A DNA stretch of 64,000 nt from Octopus bimaculoides (Eukaryota), in contig NC_068999.1 in the NCBI RefSeq assembly GCF_001194135.2, forward strand, positions 48,712,085 through 48,776,084. Direction: 5' to 3'. Positions within the stretch are counted from its first letter, which is position 1; each line of letters starts with the position of its first letter. Below the pieces are notes generated by a model, which was not told where the DNA came from, did no database searches, and worked only from the letters and a program-made list of their open reading frames with translations. A program made the position numbers and the translations under genes. Shown here piece after piece: positions 36,082 to 46,465 of the stretch.

Positions 36082-36963
36082 TTAACGGCGTTTAGTTCCA
36101 CCAAATCCAGAGGCTGTTCGAGTTTCGGAGCTGCTGAAGCTACTCGTGGGACCAGAATGGTAACCTGTTGGTGACCCAAACCAATCTCTTTGATAGCCAT
36201 CGCTGTAATAAGAGTTCGAGTGGTAACCACCTCTATTTCCAAAAAGGTAGCCGAGAAGTGCACCAGAAGCAAGACCACTGAAAAATCCTGGTTGCTGTCC
36301 ATTATTACTGTGAGTTGAGGAGCTGTACGGGGGTGGGGCACTCTGGCCTGAGCAGTAATCGGATCTGAAACCGTATGGCGGTGGAGGACCACTTGGAGTT
36401 GGCCCGCTTTGTGCGCCTCCAGGAAAAGATGATGGATCGGTAGGTGTTGCAAAACAAGTACGATACACGAAGAAGATAATCATAATAACAAAGAGGAAAG
36501 TGAAAATTGAGCCAAAACCCAAACCCGATTCGCGTTTCGACGAGTAATGATTGAAGTAACTGCCAGAGCTTTTCTGGTTTACGTAGTCAATGTCGTATTC
36601 CAGACCGCAAGAGCCAGCTAGGATGTAAGGGTCGTCAGCATAGTCGTAGCCTTCGCACGAAACAACAATCTGTCCAAAGCGATACTTTTTGTCCATGTCC
36701 GTTTTACATTCCCACTGAATATCGTAGCCGTCCCAACCTCGGTTGTAACACTGGACAGTCTGTGGAATGAAGGACCGACATCCTGCTGATCCACCAGTGC
36801 ATTTTAACTGGGGAACCGGTGAAGATCTTTTCGCAGTTGTCATTTGTCCATGGTTTAAAGTGATCACATTGACATCCTGCAACAGAACTTTTCTTCCTTC
36901 AATTTCATGGCCGTAAATCAAAAGCAGACAAATAAGTGTGGTCAGTGTCTTGATTGCCGTCAT
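36082..36963 (-). CDS. SARAF: Store-operated calcium entry-associated regulatory factor (TMEM66), single coding exon, 293 aa
   Basis: Signal peptide; luminal domain with hallmark motifs KVLL.DV..ITL..GQMTT..RSSPVPQLKC.GG.AGC, VQC.NRG.DG.D.QWEC and CEGYDY.DDPYIL.GSCGLEY; one TM helix (FTFLFVIMIIFFVY); cytosolic PPPY-containing G/S/Y-rich tail ending GFGGTKRR. Confidence 0.97.
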   Translation of the reverse strand: MTAIKTLTTLICLLLIYGHEIEGRKVLLQDVNVITLNHGQMTTAKRSSPVPQLKCTGGSAGCRSFIPQTVQCYNRGWDGYDIQWECKTDMDKKYRFGQIVVSCEGYDYADDPYILAGSCGLEYDIDYVNQKSSGSYFNHYSSKRESGLGFGSIFTFLFVIMIIFFVYRTCFATPTDPSSFPGGAQSGPTPSGPPPPYGFRSDYCSGQSAPPPYSSSTHSNNGQQPGFFSGLASGALLGYLFGNRGGYHSNSYYSDGYQRDWFGSPTGYHSGPTSSFSSSETRTASGFGGTKRR

Positions 36964-37212
36964 CTTGACACGCTCGTAACGTCGACAAAGCGCTCACTAG
37001 ATGTCGCTTTCCACCTGCGAAGGGAGATAATTTATCGTTTTTCTGAGCACTTGTAACTTATTAATTACTTAGAATTTAATTAAGATCTCTGTAGAAATAA
37101 ATATATTTAGTTAATCTTTCAAAGCTTTTATAAACGTCATGATATTTTGTGGGTGTGTATTTTTCCCAGTTATAAATAGATCAATACATTTTTTGCGAAA
37201 TAGAGGTATTCA

Positions 37213-37226
37213 GAATGACGTCATTC
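37213..37226. promoter_or_regulatory. Perfect 14-bp palindrome containing a consensus CRE (TGACGTCA), about 250 bp upstream of the SARAF ATG
   Basis: GAATGACGTCATTC in a CpG-richer stretch 5' of SARAF; function inferred from motif and position only. Confidence 0.5.
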
Positions 37227-37576
37227 AACAGAATGTATGTGGACGTAGTTGGCAGAAAAACGCAGTTGTTATTGTCAAAACAAATTTCATCAGCTGTATC
37301 CACTAGACACGTAACGATAAGCTGTTGGCTAGTTTTATAGTGTTTCACTCCTTGTATTATTTACTCAGAAAGAAATATAAAAGATGATGAAATATGTTGT
37401 CACATTAATTCTATGTTGTTACATTAATCTATATTTATTCATTTATTTATTTTGAGAGTTTAAAAATTAGACGTTACAAATATCAAATAAAGATCAAAGA
37501 TTGGTACTTTCAAAACAACATTTATTAAGAATGGGACGTATCTCGATATTTTTTAAACCGTTCCATAGAGACATAT

Positions 37577-38028
37577 TACTCTTTTACTTGTTTCAGTCAT
37601 TTGATTGTGGCCATGCTGGAGCACCGCCTTTCGCCGAGCAAATCGACCCCAGGACTTATTCTTTGTAAGCCTAGTACTTATTCTATTGGTCTCTTTTGCT
37701 GAACCGCTAAGATACGAGGACGTAAACACACCAGCATCGGTTGTCAAGCGATGTTGGGGGGGACAAATACAGGCAACAAAAAACACACACATATATATAT
37801 ACTTATATACGACGGGCTTCTTTCAGTTTCCGTCTGCCAAATCCACTCACAAGGCTTTGGTCGGCCCGAGGCTATAGTAGAAGACACTTGCCCAAGGTNN
37901 NNNNNNNNCTTTGGTCGGCCCGAGGCTATAGTAGAAGACACTTGCCCAAGGTACCACGCAGTGGGACTGAACCCGGAACCATGTGATTGGTAGCAAGCTA
38001 CTTACCATACAGCCACTCTTGCGCCTAT
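37577..38028 (-). mobile_element. Full-length family A SINE spanning a small N gap
   Basis: Reverse complement of the 15423-15810 type; high similarity and CpG-rich. Confidence 0.88.
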
Positions 38029-38099
38029 ACAGCCAAATTGACAAGATGTCTAATATTACAATAAAATGTAATATTACAACAAAATGACTGGAAAAGACA

Positions 38100-38580
38100 T
38101 TTACTAAGATTGATGTCAATGTTGTATTGCAGCAGGCATGTAAAACGTTGTTGCAGATGTTCTAAATATTCTTCTTCTGTAGAACTAAATATCAATAAAT
38201 TATCAGAATAGGTGAAAACGAAATCCAAACCACAAGTGGTTTCATCCATAAACCATTGAAAGGTACTAGCAGTGTTGCGTAGCCTGAAAAGCATTCAAAC
38301 AAATTCAAATAACTCAAAAGGAGTAGTGGTGGCAGTTTTAGGACTGTCCACAAACTCGACAGGAATTTGGTTATATGCATGTACCAAATCGATTTTTGAG
38401 AAAATTGTGCAATCGTACTAAGAGGCAGAAAAATAGTGCATGTGAGGGATCGGATAATGGTCTGGCACTGTTTTGGCATTCAAATGTCTGTAATCACCAC
38501 ACAGACACCAGTCTCCTGATGACATGTAATGGAGAGGACCAATTCAATTGGTGCTGGAAGGATGAATTACATCAAGGTCT
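38100..38580 (-). pseudogene. Gypsy-type reverse transcriptase fragment, frameshifted
   Basis: ORF pieces MLFRLRNTASTFQWFMDETTCGLDFVFTYSDNLLIFSSTEEEYLEHL (MPFGLxNAxSTFQRxMD...YIDDIL consensus, YxDD decayed to YSDN), with upstream remnants of SPLH.V...WR and FSKID motifs. Confidence 0.85.
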
Positions 38581-39879
38581 AGTATATGTCGAAATTGTTC
38601 TTTGATTGTTTAAATATAATTCAAAGTTTTAAAAATCTTATATGAATGGAGTACCTTGAAAAAGGTGTTATTCATAATTTTGCCACATACAATTATGAAT
38701 AATAATGCAAGTCAAGTTATAATTTTAGTTTTTTTAATATTTCATGCACAACACAACGTGAATCAGAAGTAGTGAACTAACTATTAATTATATATATAGT
38801 TCTATGGTTCACTCTCGTGGCTAAGGTTGTCTTATATTTAAATTCATTTCAGGGTCTTTTGTTGTTTATTTTAACACAAAGTGAACTAGTAATGTTTTTA
38901 TTGATTTCCAAAGTACTACGAAGTTAGAAAGGTTCAGAACCACTACCCTAAAAATTTGACAAAATAAAGCACATTGGATAATGGAATCCTAGAAAGAATT
39001 AGGCATGCTTTTAATCCTAAATCTGCCTGATAAGGCTTGTGCTAGGGGAAAACAAGGGCCTCTGGGACTTATTTTTTGCTTTGTCTTGTCTTTATAGAAG
39101 TGGCATCCATCAATAATAATGTGGATCTTTCACTCGAATAATATATCTCAATTTAACAACACGTGAAATTTCTAGATATTTGATTTTTCTTCTAGTGTTT
39201 GTTGCGAACATTCTATGAATAGCAATAATAAATCTCTGAAATAACAGGGAGATAACTCTTTTGTGTATAAGTGGAGCTAACTTAGTCCTACGCCTATCAC
39301 TATAGTACCTCTGAAATTTTCAGCGGCATCAATTACTCGAAATAAAAAACACACACACACACACATATATATATATGTGTGTGTGTGTGTATTGTTTTGC
39401 GAGATTCTTCATGTGAAATAATGTGTTGGAACAGATATTATTATATTTAGTGATAGTCATCTTTTGCCAATTAAACACAAGCACTGTTTATCTTCACTTC
39501 AGCTTTATATTTATTATTTTAGTTGCTTTGGAATAAGCAGAACAAGAGGAAATACGTGGGATAAAGAATCGTTGCTGAATTGATAATAATAATCCACCGA
39601 CGTCGTCTTTGCCTTCCATCTTTTCGGGGTCAATAAATTAAGTACCAGTTGTGAACTGGGTTGATCTAATCGACTGGCCCTCTCCTCAAAAATTTTGGGC
39701 CTTGTGCCTAGAGTAGAAAAGAATAATAAGGTTGAAGTGAAGACCAAATATGGAGTGCATGTATAGTGCATGCCTTCAGCACATCCTTCACTGCTCTAAC
39801 CCTTTGTGAGATTTCAATAACCGTCTCTCACTTTATAGTCACTTTTTGACCAAGATACACATTCCAGTTTATGTTTGGA

Positions 39880-40200
39880 ATCTTGCTATGAGATCACATC
39901 TGGAACGAGGAGATCAGGAATAGAACTGGAGTGAAGAAGGTCATCACAGAATACCATGAAACAATGCTACAATGGGCTGGTCATGTTGCAAGGTTCACAG
40001 ACAATCAGTGGACTCATGCAGTCGTCGAGTGGCACCCATCTAAATAGAAGACCTACAATGAGGTAAGAAGATGATTTAAGAAAGATATTTGGAACAATGT
40101 GGATGAGAATGGTGAGAGCACAAGGGAAATGGAACACATGTTGTGGCCAGTGGAGCCGACTTGGCATCAGACAGCCTGGCCTATGCAGGTGACATCGGTT
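39880..40200 (+). pseudogene. RTE-clade LINE 3' fragment
   Basis: Translates to NEEIRNRTGVKKVITEYHETMLQWAGHVARFTDNQWTHAVVEWHP...EDDLRKIFG, a typical RTE ORF C-terminus. Confidence 0.75.
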
Positions 40201-41100
40201 AGTTCTACATTTCTGAGCCTAATCAATGAATTAGAATCCAATAGCAAATTAAAAATTCAATATTTTATTTACAGTGTTATGAAATACAAAAAGAATGAAG
40301 AATAATAAAAATACATAATTTTTAAAAGAGATTAATACATCTATCCTTGTTTGTCTCAAATTCAATTATCACTGATCCAGGACAACTCAGTATGTTCAAT
40401 TATGAACTTGTTACGCTTATCAGAAATTGGTCTTTGATAACATGGGTTGGCAATCAGTCAAGAATTCTGCTTGAACCACAAAAGTGCACTCCCAATGTCC
40501 CGATGCTCAGGACAACTTGAAGCCTCAGAACAAAATTTATTCTTCCCCATATGTCCTATTGTCCATTTATCACTCATTCATTTAGAACTGAGTATCCATG
40601 GTAAACGAGGATAGATGTGCCATTAAATTATTTTATACCTACTAGTTGTTAGTTTGTCTTTCTGGCAGAATCAGTTGGGCATCAGGTAGAATGTCTTACA
40701 GTATTTGCTCTGGCTTTTTATAGTTTGAGTTCAAATCCTACCAACATCAACTTTGCCTTTCACCCTTCTGGGGTCAATAAAATAAAGCACCAATCAATTA
40801 CTGGGGATCAGTTTAATCAACTGACCAGTTTCCACAAAATTTCTGGCTTTGTGACTTTGTAAGAAATTATTTATCTATTTCAAAGGAATTTCTCACAAAT
40901 TTCCAATCAGTCAAAATAATCTTTAAAAATCAACATGAATTAGAAGGCATAAGTTGATTGATTGACATGAGGTACAAAATATATAATCTCAGGGAAAGAA
41001 ATGAAGGAATTTGTACATGGACGGAATGTTCTACATTGATAAATTCCAATTTACCAAATAATCTTACTCATCACAGAGTTTCTGTTTCTATGGCTGGAAT

Positions 41101-44100
41101 TCAATATGGTGCAGCTCTGAAAGAAATCAAAAAGAAATTATGAGCACAATGGGTAACTCAAGTAAAAAGAAATGAAATTTACAAGGACACCCCTACCCCA
41201 ATGATCACCCAGAGGTCCAGTCCTTGTTGCAGTGTGATGGTTTGTGTGCCTTAATGACCCTGAAAGCTCTGCCAAGTGGAGTTCAAGCTCCAGGTAGAAC
41301 CTCCCTTGCTGGACTTGTCAAAGGATAGAGGCCAGATTAATATGGACCACCTCTTCCCAGAAATAAAAATTGGTTTGTGTAGAGCCAACACCCTCAAAAG
41401 GGCAAAATTACAGAAGCACCCAGCCTGGGAGACAACGGCCTTCCACCAGGGAAACATATGAGGCAGAGCTGAAAAAGAAGGGAGTCAAATGGAAAGAAGC
41501 ATGAAAGATAGCCCAGAGTCGAGAACACTGGATAAAAAAAATCATCAATGGTTATGATTCATAGGGACTGAAGAGTTTAGTTTGCGACCTTTCATTTATT
41601 TGTTTGGATTCTCTTTTGACTTAATAATGTTGCTCTCAATCGCTTTAGAGACAAATAGAGTTGAAGTTCTAGAAATACTTTCAATGAGTTGCACAAAAAA
41701 TCACATTGTCAAACTCCCCACATTTGATAATGACTTAACAAATCTTTAGAATCATTACTTTCTTCACATGCAGCTTCATCTATGTGTGTACAAAGAGCCA
41801 AAAATAGCTTTGATTTTTGTGAAGACAGAACCCATTTCAAAAACATAATATTTAAAGGCAGAACTAGTTGATTTTCACCACCACCTCCAGCAACACTAGC
41901 ATTTAACATCCACGTTCCATTTTGGTATGGGTTGGGCAGTTTGACAGGATCTGATGGGTCCAAGGACTGCACTGAGCTCCATTGTCTCTGGTTTGGCATG
42001 GTTCATACAGCTGAATGCCAACCACTTCACACTGTATACTGGATGTTTTTCTCATACCAACACTAGTAAGGGTGCCACGCAGCTCATAAAACTACAAAAC
42101 CTGAAGCTGGAGATGGGGTTTCATGTCAAGGAGATAAGTGGTTAAAGTATAAGAGAAGGGAGGGGAACAAACAGCAGGAGGAGTAGTATGAGAGGAAAGG
42201 AGTAAGTCTCTTGAGTGTAATTCTGACAGTTAATGTTTCTTACCTTGCAAATGTAATAATGAAGAGAAGTCCAAATATAAATTCTGCACCAATAAATGTT
42301 ATTTCAATTGCTGTCAAAATAACTTCCAGCTGCAGGACATAGGACTGCCAGAAAGTGAGATAAAGTGTTACACTCAATGAAGGTAGACTCAAGAAGATGC
42401 TCATTGCTACGCCATTGATGCGTTCAGTAAGGTTACCCTTTTTACCTACAATGAAACATGTTAAAACAAACTAGTCACATGCAGGTAGACACAAAGAAAG
42501 TGTTGAGAAGACAATACTGGTGAAAGACTAACACACAAAGTATGACTTCATAGTTTATATGTAAGTCAGTTGTTCCCAAACTTTTTCAGGCTAGTGCCCC
42601 CTTGGCCCCAGGGTCATATTCCTAGCGCCCCCACAAACCACTTTCTGCAACAAATACAAAACAAATGTATTTCACAAATAAAAAGCTTTACCTAATTGAC
42701 CTATTTTTTAGTGAGGGTTTACATCCAACTTCAACCCTACACATAGGTGACCATAGGGTGACGGTCATTTTTGTGTCTTGCTGGACCTTCAATCATCGAT
42801 GGCAGCAGAGGATTCTCTCATTGTTTCGATGAAAGAGAGTCCAGCAAGACACAGAGCCTCGATAGTAAAGTAAAAGTTACATTCTAGAGTCATGCCGACT
42901 CACAAGGGCCGTTTTCCCAGTTTCATGGCATATATATTCTCCACCTGAACGGGATGCCAGTTTGTCACAGGATTACTCATTTTTGCTGGCTGAGTGGACT
43001 GGAGCAATGTGAAATCAAGTGTTTTGCTCAAGAACACAAAGCGTTGCCTGGTCCAGGAATTGAAATCACAATCTTATGATCATGAGTCCAACACCCTAAC
43101 CACCACAATGATTCATAGATGATTATTTATGGTGCTTATTTTTCAACTTGCCCGGCTGAGCTATTGAAAATTAAAGGTCAACCATACAACTAATTTCAAG
43201 CTGTTATGTCAACATTTTAGGGTCTTGGATTACTGAGGCTTTCAACAATTTACTTAAATGGTTTACAAGATGAAGCCATTCCAGCTTTGATTTCAGAGAT
43301 TCAGGCACAAATTAAGCACGAGAAAATATTTCTTAGACCTTACCAAAGAAAATCCGGAATTGCTCAATGATCAACAAGATGAAGAGCAGCAGCACTTCAA
43401 GACTCAAAACTCCTGGAGCATAGGGTAGCGTTTCACCTGTATTATAAAGAAATATATATGTATATGCTTGCATGACTTTAATGAGCAGCACCAAACAGAA
43501 AGATAAGAGATAATACAAATATGCATATATATACATATATATATATATAAATTATTATGTATACATACAGGGTGCGAGGTGAATTAAAATGATTTAAATA
43601 TATATGAGGATATTATTGTTTATAATAATATCAGTGGTTTAGCATGCATAAAAAAAACCTGTAACGCTATGAATTATCAATTAATAATTAAGGGTACTAA
43701 TTAATTAATAATTAAGGGTATCGGCATGCTTAGTTCAATACACCTTCAAAGTATTTAANNNNNNNNNNATATATACATATATATATTTCATCTTTGAACT
43801 TCTCTGCATTAAGATCTGAAATGCAAGATCTTCTTTACCCTGATGATGGAGGCTCATCTTATCCAATGTTGATTGCATCCATCATAGCCACATATTGTGA
43901 TGAACCACATCTACCAAGAAATTGCTGGCTTTGTGCTAAAATTTGAAATTAATTTTTTCTTTGTGCTCTAATTCTCCAGAAGATTTAACACCATGGCACT
44001 AAATTAGTAGGAAAGTATAATTTCACAATTCTTAGCAAAATTTTATGGAAGTAATTCTACTCACCTTTGAATATAAAGATAAATATTTCAAGAATAAAAA

Positions 44101-46465
44101 ATAATCCAAAGTACCACTGGTTAAGAAAGAGTAGAATCTGGTAAGACAACGATGATCTCTGGTGATGTAATCAAGAAGAATAACGATAGGGTTTCATGAA
44201 TATAAAAGTAGTAATTATTTTGTAATTATCATTAAAACCTTTATACCCTCAAGTTTTGCTTTGTACTTTTAGTTTCCATGAGATATCTTATAACGAGGGC
44301 TTGAAGAGTTATCTATACTTAATTCCTTAGAATAAGACAAGACAGTGCTTTGTAGGAAAGCAAGATATCCTCTTTCTCCTCCTCATCATTGTTTTAATGC
44401 CCACTTTTCCTTGCCTGCATGGGTCAAACGGAATTCATGGAGGCAGGTTTTGTACAGCTTGGCATACTTTCTTTCACCAACCCTCACCTGTTTCTGAATA
44501 GGGTAATATTTCCCCAAGTCTATACATATGGAAACAAAAGACATCACTTTTACAATGGTGATGCAATTCTGTGCCCTTAATCACATTACGTAGCCCTTTT
44601 ACTCTTCAACTTCGATGAAATTAGTACTGATTCAGTTTGATCGACCATGTTTGTCATCTGAACGGACAAAAATTACAAGGGAATTTCAAGACAAGGAGAC
44701 ATGAACGCAAGCATGCATACATACATGTGTATATATTTTGGAGTTTCAACATAAATTGTCATATCTGTGGTGGAACACTGATGAGGTGAATGCATGGTTG
44801 CTTAATGTTTCTACTAGTTATGTAATTATTTCAGTATTTTAATGAAACATGTGTATGTCCTATAAAACCTTGAATACTACACCTGTTTTCTGCTTACTAT
44901 TTTAAATATACAACATAAAGGAATAAAACTATTAAACACAGAGCTGTTCAATTTGCTTCAAAAACCATTAGTGGTAACACCTTAAATAACACTGCATACA
45001 TACATATACTCTGGATGATCTTATAATGCAACTGGATGCCACATATTAAGATATCAATACAGTAGAAACACATGACAGAAATCAGTTTCATAATTAAAAA
45101 CAAGGAGAAAGTTCCAAGGAATGAGATTCAAATTTGAAAAGGATACAATAGTAGTGCTACAGCCTAAAAAATAAAAGAGAAAAAAATTAAAATCTTTTGT
45201 TAAAAACATTAATGGAATTCTGGTTTATGCACCCCATATAACCCCTCATAACTTTTTTTATTTTTTGGAATTTTTACAGTATTTCTTAGGTTGGAGGCAG
45301 AAGCGTAGTTGGAGAGGGTGTGCCATGGAATGGGAGCAGTCAGCTCTGGGCAATGCGTAGTTGGAGAGGGTGTGCCATGGAATGGGAGCAGTCAGCTCTG
45401 GGCAACGCTATTATGTGGGTCAACACCTTTGGGTTTGCTGTATAAGCCTGTATAGGAGACAAAACAGTACAGGGGTGGGGGACAGATTCAAGGGCTGCCC
45501 CAGGTAGCACACGTTCTAGCTATGCTACTGGTTGGAGGACCATTATTCAATCACAGGTTTACTCAAAAACATTGTTTGTTTGTGGTTAAACACAGACGAC
45601 CGAGTCTACTTAGACAAATCTTACTGGGATTAAGACTTTTGGTTACATGTTGAACTCAAAACTATAATTGGCCAAGTTTATTACGAAGTCAATTTGCAAT
45701 ATAAAATTATATTATCCTGTGACTCTAGCAAAGACATTTAACTCTCAGAGAAGTTGTTTACTTAGAAATGATGCTGGGGATAGTCGCTGTCAAATATTTT
45801 ATTAAACTCCATCCGACAGGCTTCCACACAGGTTCAATCAACCCCATTTCAGTCACAAGGATTGGGGGTTGACTAGAGGATGCAATAAAAAAAAAATACT
45901 TGCTTGAGATGCCCCACAGTGAGATTGAACCTGTGATTGCGAAGTGAATCGAGCCTTGTCATGGACAGTATCACATCGATTACATCTGAGAACTAATGAG
46001 GATACATGTGTTTGTGGAATATTCAGCCACTTATATACTAATTCAATGAGTAAGTTGTTCAGTTGATTGAACAACTGAAAATCCCTCATCGAAACTGACG
46101 GAGATCCGTTGCAAAATTGCAGCCATAGCATCACATCCCTCATCCCAAAGTGTAAAAACAAACTTTTTTGTTTTTGTTCTGGAAGAGAATGATATAAGCT
46201 ATCCTCTACCCTAATATATCACTGGTACTTACTCAATCCGTTTACTGTCACAATGTTATGTATTATACCGATAATTCTCGTACTGCTTCATGCCGCAGTG
46301 GTATCTAAGAGGAAAAAAATCGGGTGAATGCACACTTATGTAGGTAAGCCAAAATTAGAACTATTTGAGAAAGAAAACGTATTAATGTATCAAATGCATA
46401 AATATACCCTGATGAGGAGCTGGGCTCATCGCTATCACTGGATGTTGCGGACTGTCAAGCGCCAT
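41101..46465 (-). CDS. TMEM216: TMEM216-like (TMEM17/80/216 family) ciliary transition-zone membrane protein, about 159 aa. CDS exons 46465-46408, 45163-45147, 44158-44065, 43436-43344, 42445-42244, 41116-41101
   Basis: Spliced product MALDSPQHPVIAMSPAPHQG CSTTI RSSLSYQILLFLNQWYFGLFFILEIFIFIFKG ETLPYAPGVLSLEVLLLFILLIIEQFRIFFG KKGNLTERINGVAMSIFLSLPSLSVTLYLTFWQSYVLQLEVILTAIEITFIGAEFIFGLLFIITFAR AAPY*. It matches family motifs (SS...IL.FLN.WY, KG..LPY, E..R.FFG.KGNL, Q.YVL.LE). 58+17+94+93+202+16 = 480 nt, in frame. The three core exons are secure; first and last exons are best fits. Confidence 0.88.
42567..42640. mobile_element. hAT/Charlie-like left-end fragment
   Basis: CAGTTGTTCCCAAACTTTTT...GCCCCCTT, a typical CAGTGGTTCCCAAAC terminus. 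Confidence 0.45.
42772..42853. repeat. 82-nt hairpin (15-bp perfect outer stem plus 7-bp inner stem) in a TMEM216-like intron
   Basis: TGTGTCTTGCTGGAC / GTCCAGCAAGACACA and TCATCGA / TCGATGA. Confidence 0.8.
43568..43758. mobile_element. Tc1/mariner-like terminus truncated by an assembly gap
   Basis: TA|CAGGGTG start, same terminus type as the 33945 MITE; ends at the N gap at 43759. Confidence 0.4.
44159..45146 (-). other. U12-type (minor spliceosome) GT-AG intron of the TMEM216-like gene
   Basis: 5' splice site GTATCCTTTT; branch-like TTCTTGAT with the A at 44171, 12 nt from the 3' AG; no polypyrimidine tract between branch and AG (acatcaccag). Confidence 0.8.
45298..45530. mobile_element. 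hAT-type MITE in the TMEM216-like first intron
   Basis: Exact 8-bp TSD GTTGGAGG (45290-45297 and 45531-45538); imperfect 16-bp TIRs CAGAAGCGTAGTTGGA / TCTAGCTATGCTACTG; internal 52-bp tandem duplication. Confidence 0.82.

Noticed and set aside
35952-36452. 166-aa minus-strand ORF
   Set aside because: Alternative frame overlapping the SARAF 3' half; no recognisable features.
37855-37952. Exact 44-bp tandem duplication inside a SINE
   Set aside because: The copies flank a 10-N gap, typical of unmerged overlapping contig ends.
41400-41480. Alternative last coding exon for the TMEM216-like gene (acceptor cccttctttttcag near 41467)
   Set aside because: It would add a 20-aa tail unlike the family's short C-terminus. 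The acceptor at 41117 giving RAAPY* fits better, though alternative use is not excluded.
44160-44170. Possible AT-AC intron ending at 44167 that would give a 102-nt, phase-1 exon
   Set aside because: No matching ATATCCTT donor after a suitable exon. The 17-nt micro-exon with a GT-AG U12 intron explains phase and branch spacing better.
45303-45405. CRISPR-like repeat
   Set aside because: Only two abutting 52-bp units with no spacer, inside a MITE in eukaryotic DNA.
46409-46440. CTGATGAG followed by a small stem, as another hammerhead (also CTGATGA at 24181 and near 44773)
   Set aside because: No GAAA after stem II and no stem I or III; the 46409 case is antisense to a coding exon.
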